A DNA stretch of 64,000 nt from Octopus sinensis. Lineage: Eukaryota. The notes beneath the pieces were generated by a model. That model saw only the letters and a list, made by a program, of their open reading frames with translations, had not been told where the DNA came from and did no database searches. The stretch covers positions 1 through 64,000 of the forward strand of contig NW_021833247.1 of assembly GCF_006345805.1 (NCBI RefSeq). Direction: 5' to 3'. The translations under genes were made by a program, and so were the position numbers. Positions 52,980 through 64,000 of this stretch are shown one piece after another. Each line of letters begins with the position of its first letter. Within the stretch, counting starts at the first letter, position 1.

Positions 52980-53208
52980 GGCGGCGAGCTGGCAGAACCA
53001 TTCGCACGCCGAGCGAAATGCGTTGCCGTATCTCGTCTGCCGTTACGTTCTGAGTTCAAATTCCGCCGAGGTCGACTTTGCCTTTCATCCTTTCGGGGTC
53101 GATAAATTAAGTACCAGTTACGCAATGGGGTCGATATAATCGACTTAATCCGTTTGTCTGTCCTTGTTTGTCCTCTCTGTGTTTAGCCCCTTGTAGGTAA
53201 TAAAGAAA
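52980..53208 (+). mobile_element. SINE B
   Basis: Full family B sequence. Confidence 0.9.
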
Positions 53209-53436
53209 CATATTTATCTGTATGTATGTATGTATGTACACTTGTATTTATTAGAAATATGTTGGAGTAGGAGTCTGTGTTTGTGTGGCTGGGTGAGAGA
53301 ACATAAATATGTACATACACACATGCACGCATGCCAATATGTGTGCATGTGTATGTATACGTGAATTTTTTTTATGTATGTATTCAACTTTATATTCACA
53401 CAAACATACATATCTATCTATATTTGCTTACATATA

Positions 53437-53657
53437 TATTTCTCTACTACCCACAGGCTAAACACAGAGAGGACAAACAAGGACAAACAAACGGATTAAG
53501 TCGATTACATCGACCCCAGTGCGTAACTGGTACTTAATTTATCGACCCCGAAAGGATGAAAGGCAAAGTCGACCTCGGAGGAATTTGAACGTAACGGCAG
53601 ACGAAATACGGCTAGACATTTCGCCCGGCGTGCTAACGTTTCTGCCAGCTCGACGCC
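53437..53657 (-). mobile_element. SINE B, tail-to-tail with the previous copy
   Basis: Full copy with a small deletion at the B-box; its 3' flank is shared with the copy at 12310. Confidence 0.88.
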
Positions 53658-54029
53658 CTTAAAAAAATGTGCGCATGTGTGTATGAGTATGTGGGTGTGA
53701 GTGAATGTGTGTGTGTGAGTTTGTGTGTGTTATTACAAATGTGTGTTTTGATAGCATAATGAATTTCAAAGCAGTCGGAACAGTAAGTAGAGATGAAAAC
53801 CTATGTGACGAAAAGTCTGCAGTTCTTCCAGCGAAAGCAGCATCTAACAGCGTATACTGCCTCAAGCTAGACTGCGCTGCAATAACATACATATAGACTG
53901 AATAAGGAGCATAGTATACACACATAATATCAAGGTAGTGTAACGGTAGCATGTACATACGCATTTGGTTACGTGCACACAGAGGCGCATACGCGTTCAG
54001 TCACGTCTACCACTATATCGGCCTCACAA

Positions 54030-54425
54030 GGCGGCCAGCTGGCAGAAACCTTAGCAGGCCGGGCGAAATGCTTACCAGTATTTCGTCGGCCGCTACGTTC
54101 TGAGTTCAAATTCCGCCGAGGTCTACCTTGCCTTTCATCCTTTCGGGGTCGATTAAATAAGTACCAGTTACGCACTGGGGTCGATGTAATCGACTTAATC
54201 CGTTTGTCTGTCCTTCTTTGTTTCCTTTGTGTGTAGCCCCCTGTGGGTAGTAAAGAAATAGGTATTTTGTCTGTCCTTACGTACTGAGTTCAAATTCAAC
54301 CGAGGTCGACTTTGCTTTTCATACATTCGGGATCGATAAATTAAGTACCAGTTGCATACTGGGCTCGATCTAATCGATTGGCCCCTCACCCTAAAATGTC
54401 GGGCCTTGTGCCTGGAATAGAAGAG
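54030..54425 (+). mobile_element. SINE B / B2 dimer
   Basis: Head, body and tail, then junction GAAATAGG-TATTTT (54255-54268), then a second body with the B2 tail. Confidence 0.88.
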
Positions 54426-54515
54426 AATGTACCTCGTTCACGCGCATACACAGACATACACACTTTTCCCGAATCTCTCTTTCTCTCTCTGTGTCTGTCT
54501 GTCTGTCCCTCTCTT

Positions 54516-54557
<42 letters not shown>

Positions 54558-54596
54558 ACAAAACGTAACCTGACCCTAAAACACATTTTCTAACCC

Positions 54597-54772
54597 TTTG
54601 GCCATGCTGGGGCACAGCCTCCACGAATATTTAGTGGAATGCAACGACGCAGTACATGCTAATTTTTAAAGCCAGGTACCAATTCTATCGTCACCTCTTG
54701 CCGAATTACTAGGTTAGGAGACTTAAATACACCAGGACCGTTTATCAAGCGGTGATGGTGGGAACAAACATT
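54597..54772 (-). mobile_element. Highly diverged SINE A-like 3' half
   Basis: ggccatgctggggcac...ttgccgaattactagg...tatcaagcggtgatggtgggaacaaaca. Confidence 0.5.
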
Positions 54773-55045
54773 GAATTAACGACACACTCACATATATATA
54801 TATACACACTGACACATACACATACATACAGATAGACATACAGACAGACAGAGAGACAGACAAATAGATAGATATAGATAGAGAGAGAGAGAGCGAGAGA
54901 GAGAGAGTGAGCGAGAGAGAGAGAGACATACGTATATACATACACAAACATTCATATATATCTTAAAATATTGCAGAAACACAAGGTAAACCTATACATG
55001 AGTATGTGTGTGAGTGTGTGTGTGTGTATGTGTATGTATGTATGA

Positions 55046-55099
<54 letters not shown>

Positions 55100-55197
55100 C
55101 TATATCTATATATGTAAGTATATACATATATTCATATATATATATATGTATCTATATCTATATATGTATGTATATACATATATGAATATATGTATAT

Positions 55198-55242
<45 letters not shown>

Positions 55243-55339
55243 TATAATATATATGTAGGTATGTACATATATGAGTGTGTATATATATATATATGTATAT
55301 ATATATACATATATTTATATATTTATATATTATATACAT

Positions 55340-55341
55340 AT

Positions 55342-55378
<37 letters not shown>

Positions 55379-55410
55379 CAGATAGATAGATAAATAGACT
55401 GACAGACATT

Positions 55411-55503
<93 letters not shown>

Positions 55504-55535
55504 CAGACAGATAGATAAATAAACTGACAGACAGA
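55340..55535. repeat. (GATA)n microsatellite abutting the Tx1 3' end
   Basis: Directly visible. Confidence 0.95.
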
Positions 55536-55536
55536 T

Positions 55537-58500
55537 AACTTTTTATTGTAGCCACACAGGGCTAAACACAGAATAAAAATGGACGAAATACAATGTAGAA
55601 TTTTTTCTTTTCGAGGTGGAATGGATGGGGCACAAAAAAACCAACACGTTTGATCAATAGGGATCTGTGGGTTGTGTGGTGTATAAAAAGGCAATATATA
55701 TATATATAAGGTTCACAGTTTAGGTGTAGCCTTGGAAAGAAAAACCTACAAAAAAGACCAAGGTCACCTCAGACAGTTCGAAGATGAACACATGAGTAGG
55801 TCGCCTTATTTCTCGTTGTCTCTTTTGGTTACAGATTTATGCTTAAAATAGTGTCGTCTTTCATACTGACCATTTTGGCCACTTTTACCCACTTTTTATT
55901 AAAACATTCGTTCGACAAAGCCTTCCTCTCTATTCTCATCCTCCTTTTCAAGTGGTACTTGAAAAAAGTTGACGAGAGACTGACCAGAGAGGAAGGTGTT
56001 TTTGCAGTCCTTTCAAACGCGTCCACCACACACATTCTTTCGCCATAGCCATCAGCGTAACGAAAACCGTTTTCCCTTCCCGTTTAAAGGAAGATGGTGG
56101 AACAATATTCACCATAGACTCGGCCGATAAGCGGGCCCGACCTACACGTGACAACAGCTGTTCGACGAAGGTCCGCAGCTCTGAAATATCTGGACACTGC
56201 ACGAGTGCGTGCAGAACGGTTTTGTCGCTCTGACCGCATCTCGGGCAGGTCGGTCCGGTGATGGTTTTCGAACCGTGCCTGTAGCTCTTCTCTCGAACAG
56301 GTAGTGCGTCTCGATAGCACTGCCAAGCCAGGGATTTCTGGAAGTTATCCATAGTCCCCGGCCCGAACGTCGTCCTGAACAGGCGGGTTAGGAATTTCTC
56401 GTCGACGCCCAGGTTTGCCCCGCTTTAGTTGTTAGTAAGTTGCACAAGTTTGACCCCGGTCGGCAGAGCTGCTGTAGAGCTTGGCGACACTCTCGGTGCC
56501 AATCGCCCAGTTTCGGTCTCTTCTTGATCCACGTTTGCAGTTCGGTCAGTGAGACGAGCTGCGGGAAGGCGCGCCTCACAAACGGCGCCCACACCTGTTC
56601 ACCGTCATCGATGAAGGTCCGGAGATGTCGCAGTCTCAGCACATACCTGCGCATCATCAACCACGGCATGCCCAGTCCTCCATTCAACGGATGTTGACAG
56701 CAAATGGACTTCCTCACCATCGGAACGCCACCCTTCCACAGGAAGCGGAAGATTATGCGTTCCAGTTTGGTGATGGTGGCGTCGGGACAAGGTACGACGG
56801 TCAGGCGGTAATCGATGACGGATGCGATGTACGCGTTCGCCACCTCCGCCCGGCCTTTTAGAAACAGCTTTCTCTCGGCCCATGTTTGGCTGAGAGCGAC
56901 CACTCTACTCGTGATCTCGTCCCAATTCTTAGCCATTTGGAGGTCCGGACTGAACCAGACCCCGAGCAATTTAACCGGTCCGTCCGTCCAGCGTCCGCAG
57001 TCGGACGGCATGGGCTCGCTTCTCCAGGTGCCGAGTAGCAAACCCACTGACTTTTCCGGGTTAATCTTCGCTCCCGTCACCGTTTCGTATATTCTTAGTG
57101 TCTCGCCTATCATCTGGATGTGTTTGTCGCTCGATACTATGACGGTGACACCGTCCGCATATGCCGACACGCTCGTCCCGCAACCCAGTTCCCGTGGGAT
57201 GCCCCTCAGTGTTGTCAGCTTCCGTAGTAGCGGCTCGAGAGTCAATACATACAGAAGCGCCGACAGGGGACACCCCTGACGGACCGAACGCGTGATGTCA
57301 AACGGTTTCGACAGGTGACCGTTCACCCGAATAACCGATCGGATGCCGCTATACAAGGCAGCGATCCAACCGCGGAAGACGGGACCGAAGCCAGCCGCCC
57401 TGAGGACGGCCGCCAAGTACCGATGGTCGACCCTATCGAAGGCTTTAGACTGATCCAAATTGATCAGCGCCCCACCCATGCCAGGATCCTTAACTACCCT
57501 GTCCACAATGTAGCGCATCAGATGGAGGTTGTCATGTATGGTTCTGCCCGGCACGGCGCATGTTTGCGCCCTGTAGACCAGTTTACCAATGACAAGCCCC
57601 AACCTCTCGGCTATTACTTTGGCCAAAATTTTCAAATCTGCGTTGAGCAGAGTGATGGGCCTGAAATTATCTATAAAATTCCCCTTGTTTGGGTCTTTCC
57701 TCAGCAACGTCACTGAACCTCGGCTCACGAAACCGGGGATTCTCCCGTTTTGTTGCCAGTTGCAGTAGACTGATGCCAAGAGGTCGCCAAACAAGTCTGG
57801 CATTTGACAATACAGCTCGTAGGGTAACCATTCAATCCAGGCGACTTATCCCTCGCGCAGCCCGCCATCGCATCCCGCACGTCAGCGGCTGTGATGGGAC
57901 TTTCACAACACTCCGCTTCTCTTGCCGAGAGCCGCGGCAGGTCGGTCAGGTAGACACTAAAATCCATCCCGCGTTCCGACCCACCACTCGCACCAAACAG
58001 TCGAGCAAAGTGCTGTTGAAAGGCCTCACACATCCTTTCGGGTTCGAGTAAACTGCATCCCTGTTGATCTATTAGAGACCGAATGGTGGCTTTGTTGCCA
58101 CGCTGCGCCTCCGCTACCCGGGCCTCTCTCGCAGCTTCGATCCCTTCGTTCCTTAAGGCACGCATTTTAGCTTTGACGACGCAACCTTCGTGCTTGGCGT
58201 TGAGGTGTTGGTCGAGGGCCATCCTCGCAGCCAGCACGTTGGTTGCGCTGCCAGTGGTAAGTGCCTCTTCTAGTTTCTTAACCAGGTCTCTCTCTACTCT
58301 ATTTCGATCTATCGCTAATTCTCTGCTAAACCTAATTGATTCCGATTTTATTGCCATTTTCAGGGCGTACCACCAGCGGTTGTTAACGACGGCTCCCGTC
58401 AGCGCCCTCCTAATTAACTCGCTAATCCGGTTCCTGTAAACCTGTCGCGCTAAGAGCGACGTGTCTATGTGTCTTATCTAAGTCGAGTGTACACGTCACA

Positions 58501-58622
58501 AATTTGTGATCTGTGTAGCTGACTATTTTAAATTATGGACATCCTATACTATCCCTATCCGCTGTCCTGCATAGAATTCTATCTAGATAAGATCTCGACG
58601 ATCCGACGCGGTTTGTCCATTT
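55537..58622 (-). mobile_element. Tx1/L1-clade LINE, 5'-truncated ORF2 (APE end, RT, C-terminal zinc finger)
   Basis: WTNRVGSSRSYLDRI..TDH (APE), NFRPITLLNAD, LDQSKAFDRVDH, VRQGCPLS, AYADG (second catalytic D lost), CPRCG..KTVLHAL. Confidence 0.95.
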
Positions 58623-58910
58623 TTTCTTTTTCTTTTATAGTGTCTTTGATGAGGTGTTTATATAGTTTTTTGGAGAGGTATCGCTGAAACCCGCCTACGG
58701 CATTTGAAATATTGTTTTCAGTGTATAGTGTTGTGTTTGTGTTATGTGTAAAATTCTTGTGTTTCGGTGGTGTGGTACGCGGATGATTGTTTGTCTTAAA
58801 GTCATCTTCACAGATGTCCGTGTTGGATGCAATGTAATCCATTAATTTTTTTGTCTGGTCTATTGCAGTTAGTTAGTGTGTGTGTTTGCGGGGTTTTGTG
58901 TGATTTTACA

Positions 58911-59129
58911 CAAAAAATTCATCGAAAATTGTAACTCCGAAAAAAGTTTCCGAAATTTTTCAACCAAGTTTCAAAAATTTTCCCCAAAAATGTTTTCCCC
59001 AAAAAAGTTTCGGTGAAATTTTACCCAAAACTTTTTCGAAAATTTTCATCAAAAATTTTACCCAAAAATTTTTCGAGAATTTTCACTGAAACTTTTACCT
59101 AAAAATTTTCCGAAAATTTTACCCAAAAT
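58911..59129. repeat. Degenerate array of AAAA-TTTT units with CCC/CG spacers
   Basis: Repeated gaaaattttc / caaaaattttaccc-like units, about 11-13 bp apart. Confidence 0.8.
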
Positions 59130-59390
59130 GGATATGTTATGTAATTTTAAAGTTAAACTTTGCCCCATTCATGTAGGGAGGTATTGCTGAGAGAGACGTA
59201 TCCATTTACAGATGGCTTTTCTACACACACACGTATAATAAGCAGTTGAGATTCAGTTGAATTAGTTTCTTAAGTTGAAGCACAAAGTCGATCCGGTATT
59301 ATCCGTACCGAAGCGAAGCAAGACGAATAAAATGAAAATAAACCACAGAACATCAAGTAGTGACGCAGATAAACTGTTGCATATTTTGAT

Positions 59391-59422
<32 letters not shown>

Positions 59423-59587
59423 CACACACACACATATATATATATATATGCATGCATTTACATATATATATGTCTAATTATCTATCAATCTATATTTATA
59501 TATATATATGTATATATACATATACTTATATTGAAGGAAATATACATGCATGTAAACACACATATACATGCATACATAAATAAATAT

Positions 59588-59657
<70 letters not shown>

Positions 59658-60198
59658 TATATATATGCATGTATATATATCGCGGAAAAAATTATTACCG
59701 TCACCTGCATATATGTATATATAAATAAATATTTCATTTTTCTATTTGGTTTTTGTCTGCATTATCTGCATTATTCTGTTTTGAAACAGATTATTTTTTT
59801 ATCTCGGTTGGGCAATTACACGAATACTAAAACACGCACTGGTTGTATATCAACTTTTTTTTATTAATTAACAGTTCGTACGAACTGTAACTAATTATCG
59901 AATCAGTTGATTAGCTGATCGGTGCATATAACATTGAGCTAGGTTTGTGAAAGTGCTTTCGTTGCCATTCCTGATCTCATCATATGCCCCTCCATTCACC
60001 CACGTATTCACAGACTTACACACACACACACACACACACACACACCACACACACACACACACACACATACACACATACCTAACTCTAGAACTACTTCAGG
60101 TAATTGATGAGGCTGCGAATGGCAATTAATAAAATAAATCAATTTCTTTTGGCTGCATGATGATAACTAATTAAATAATAATAATATTTATAATAATA

Positions 60199-60231
<33 letters not shown>

Positions 60232-60232
<1 letters not shown>

Positions 60233-60860
60233 CAGTTATTTTCCACGAGGGCGAAGAATGAGGAGGACAATACAAAGACAGATATAAAGTGTTTGGGGGT
60301 TACATATAGTGAAATGTTTAAAAAAATGGAAAAGAAGGGACATATGCAGAAGCATACAAAGGTTAAAAAAAAGTGGTGTGGAAGATGCTAGATTTGTGGC
60401 CTCCTCATACAGGAAGGCTCTAGGGATAATAGAGGAGCCCCACTGTCAGAGTTTTTCCAGATCTACACTTATAGAGGTACCATCCACTTTTGCCATTTTC
60501 GCAACTTTCATCCACCTTTCTATAAACTCACTCGAGGACAGCACTTCCCTCTCCACTCTCAATTTCCTTTTCAAGTGAAACATGAAGAAGTCAATGAGAG
60601 CTCTACCAAAGAGGAATGGATCTGTCCTCATGCTTTTCAGCCTTGTCCACCAAGCAACCTCTTTCGCCACAGCCGCCAGGTAAAGGAAAACTGCCTTGCC
60701 TGACCGATTGAAGGAGGGCGATGGTGCGATCATTACAGCAGACTCGACCGACTGACGGATCCGTCCCACACGAGACAAACAACTGTTCGATATAACCACA
60801 AGTCAGCAATGGCCGGACACTGTACCAGGGCGTGCAGAACGGTCTCATTCATTGGCCAGG
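60232..60860 (-). mobile_element. Second Tx1 subfamily, 3' fragment
   Basis: ETVLHALVQC, AKEVAWWTRLK, FHLKRKLRVER, related to 55830-56350; followed on the minus strand by (ATC)n. Confidence 0.85.
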
Positions 60861-61006
60861 CAATGAAATATATTATATATGCAATGAAACACACATATAC
60901 ACATATAATTTATACATGATTGTGATTCACATATAAATATAAATAAGGTATATATAATTGTTATATGTGTATCTATATATGTGTGTTGTGTTTACATATG
61001 CATATA

Positions 61007-61061
<55 letters not shown>

Positions 61062-61138
61062 TATATGTCAATGTATATACACATACGTGTATACAAATAT
61101 ATATTATATATGAATTTATATATAACGCATATATATTG

Positions 61139-61340
61139 ACTAGCAGAGATACCCGGCGTTGCCCGTGTTACATACAATTGAAGAATTGAAGAATTAGACT
61201 TTTCTATTATATCTTCTCTAATGAACTGGAATATCTATATTTCGAATTTCATCAAAATTGCAGATGAGGGTTATTTCCCTCTTTACACACACACCCAAAT
61301 TCTAATCGTGCCAGATATATCCCATATTACCGATGTTTAT
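61139..61340 (+). mobile_element. Partial Helitron/Helentron-like element, 5' part
   Basis: ACTAGCAGAGATACCCGGCGTTGCCCG start matches 38164; gaatttcatcaaaatt lies downstream. The 3' end was not located. Confidence 0.5.
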
Positions 61341-62453
61341 GCGCATATTCCAAAATTCCAATTTTATTGAACCTGTAAAAAAGATTTTGCTCCTGAAAAA
61401 TGAAGGTCAGAGAGTTCTAAAATGTGAGAGTTAAGGCCCTTGTTGAGGGTAGGCATCTTAATATCAACCAGAGAAGTTGAATTGTTGAGAATCTTTTTTA
61501 CTTGGGTCTTATATCTATTGTTTGAATTTCTTTGAAATAGGAAATATATGTTCACTGAGTTTGTAAAAGAGAGCAAAGCTACAGGAAACCAAAAGGCCAA
61601 TGATCACAATAAGCAGTCAGCTACAGTACCCTAAATGTTACCACTCCCAATGAAGAATTCCTCACCGTAAGAGGCATTACGAATCTATAGCAATTGGAGG
61701 GGCGTGACCCAGCTGAATAAACATTGACAACTGTGTGACGTTGAGGGCTAATGGGAAATGAAAGTTGGAGTTTGCAAATGACCACTATACTGATACGTAA
61801 CTGGACAGAACAAAATATACAATTTATAAATGTCTTTGAATAACCAGTCACTCATCTCGGAAGGCCTTGAAATCAATGTTACCATCTGGGAACTATGTGT
61901 GACTGAGTGATATTAAAAAGACTGAAAGGAGATCTGCAATGAAATAATTTTATTCAACACTTTGCAACTGAATCAGTGGAGGCAAAGATGCCTCTCATTT
62001 ACTTGACAATTTATGCAGCACATTGCAGAAATCACAATCTAAGTGTATGTCAAAGCAAACTCTTACACTGTTGTACCATTGAATTACAAATAATGCTCAT
62101 CTTCTATGCTCGGATGACCCCACAGCTTCCAAGAGTACAACTATTCATCTTTGCTTAGATAAACTGACAAAATTTAGTAAGTTATGAGGATGTAAATAAA
62201 CGAACAGCAGTTGTGAAGCAGTGATGAGGGTGAAACACAGAAACAAAGTCACACACATAGATATAATATATACACACATATATATATATACGATTGTTTC
62301 TTTAAGTTTCTGTCTACGAAATATATGTATATATAAATATATATAAATACATATATATACATATACATATATATATATATTTATTCATATGTATGTATAT
62401 ATATAAATACATATATACATATATATATACATATATATATATATACATATATA

Positions 62454-62833
62454 CACTTGCGTCAGAAATTAATTAGCACTTCTCAAATTTCTACATTAAA
62501 TAGGTTAAATCAATTAACCTATGAGCTGTTCAAAACGTCTTACGCGATGAGAAAACTTAGTATGGTGTGATTTCGGTCCTTGCGAGGCGCTACCTATATC
62601 TATTAAACAAAGGAAGATTTGTCTGCATCCGCACTCCAAGTTGTTGTTGCACTGCTATGTCAACATCATAAGGCTGTAGACTCTCAAACTGCTCTGCAAA
62701 CAAAGTTACGTTATCGTTCTGCGCAACAGTGAACTCGCAACAAAGCAATAGTTCAAGATATGGCCACTAGGTGACAGCACATACCTTGAGTGAAGAGCAA
62801 ATCAAGGGTGCTAATTAATTTCTGACGGTAGTG
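62454..62833. mobile_element. Tc1/mariner-type MITE
   Basis: 26-bp TIRs CACT(TG/AC)CGTCAGAAATTAATTAGCAC at 62454-62479 and 62808-62833, flanked by TA on both sides; no ORF. Confidence 0.88.
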
Positions 62834-63069
62834 TATATATATATATATCCATATGTATACATATATATACACATATATATATATATACACATACATATAT
62901 ATATATACATATACATATATATTATATAATATATATATACATATATATATATGTACATGTATATATGTATATATATGCATATATATATGGATATATTATA
63001 TATATATATTATGGATATATATATGTATATATATGTATATATATGTATATATATATGTAAATATGTATA

Positions 63070-63150
<81 letters not shown>

Positions 63151-63420
63151 ATATATATACATATATATATATATAGTGTCGTATATGGAGCCCCCACTTG
63201 TAGAAAATGGAAATAAACAGTCTCTGACTGCTATTTCTCATTCTTTCGGTATGCGGCAGAGCAACCTGTTGCCTGCCCTTTTACTTATATACTATATATA
63301 TACTGAACTCCACAGAAGTTCCCGACGCTAAAAGTCATATTTACATACCGAAATCTACCGGTAAATAATTGTTGGTTGTCTGAGAAACCATCGAAAAAAT
63401 TATTTACCCTTTTATTATAA

Positions 63421-63756
63421 GGGTAAAGACCCCCTTCGGTCATGAATGACCATGGGATTGCACCTAGAAAGTTACCCTCCTAGACACAAGTCCGGGCAAG
63501 GTTGTTTATGGAAGACCAGCTGTCGCCCATGCATACCAGCCTCCCCTCTCCACGCCACCAGTGTTATCCAAGGGAAAGACAAAGGTCGATACAGCTTGGA
63601 ACCAGTGACGTCGCAACTCATTTCTACAGCTGAGTGAACTGGAGCAACGTGAAATAAAGTGTTTTGCTCGAGAACACAACACGCAGCCCGGTCCGGGATT
63701 CGAGCTCACAACCTCACGATCGTAAGCTCGACGCTCTAACCACTGAGCCATGCGCC
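63421..63756 (-). mobile_element. tRNA-derived SINE, family D
   Basis: GGCGCATGGCTCAGTGGTTAGAGCG A-box, GCTCGAATCCC B-box, central gagcaaaacactttatttcacgttgctccagttcactcagctgtagaaatgagt. Confidence 0.85.
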
Positions 63757-63776
63757 TTTTATTATATATATATGTG

Positions 63777-63808
<32 letters not shown>

Positions 63809-64000
63809 ATAATATGTATGTATATATATATGTATATATATATATATGTATGCATATATATATGTATATATATTTATGTATATATATATATGTATTTGGT
63901 ATTTGGTACGACTCTATAACACTGTCTCTCTCTCCCCCTCTCCTATATTTCTCTGCCTGTCACACTTTGCACTCCACTTTGATCTGTCTCTTTCTCTCTC

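Noticed and set aside
63680-63756. tRNA-like A and B boxes as a possible tRNA gene (also 14512, 22560-22642)
   Set aside because: They run into SINE bodies and lack a complete acceptor stem and a T-run terminator, so they are SINE heads.

Overview
AT-rich, microsatellite-dense eukaryotic DNA with no host gene exon that I can support. Most entries in the ORF track are translations of (TA)n, (CA)n, (TAA)n or (GATA)n repeats. The repeat repertoire resembles an Octopus genome; this is inferred from the SINE families and microsatellite density and was not checked against a database. The window is a mosaic of transposable elements. It holds about 25 tRNA-headed SINE copies in at least 4 families (working names A-D), four R4/Dong-like RLE LINE pieces (one near full length, in TAA arrays), two Tx1/L1 LINE pieces, three RTE pieces and one CR1 piece. 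It also holds Penelope-like GIY-YIG fragments, a Merlin (IS1595-like) transposase relic, a Tc1 fragment, a Tc1-type MITE and Helitron/Helentron-like non-autonomous elements. The most notable signals are: (1) dispersed minimal type I hammerhead ribozyme motifs with palindromic stem III, one apparently intact at 33654-33743; (2) a fold-back cassette with hammerhead-bearing arms whose TAA tract was invaded by two Dong-like LINEs (43230-49695); (3) a SINE family (B) that shares its 3' tail with the Tx1 LINEs, forms dimers with a fixed junction and carries 3' flanking sequence. All calls come from reading and hand translation; boundaries are approximate.
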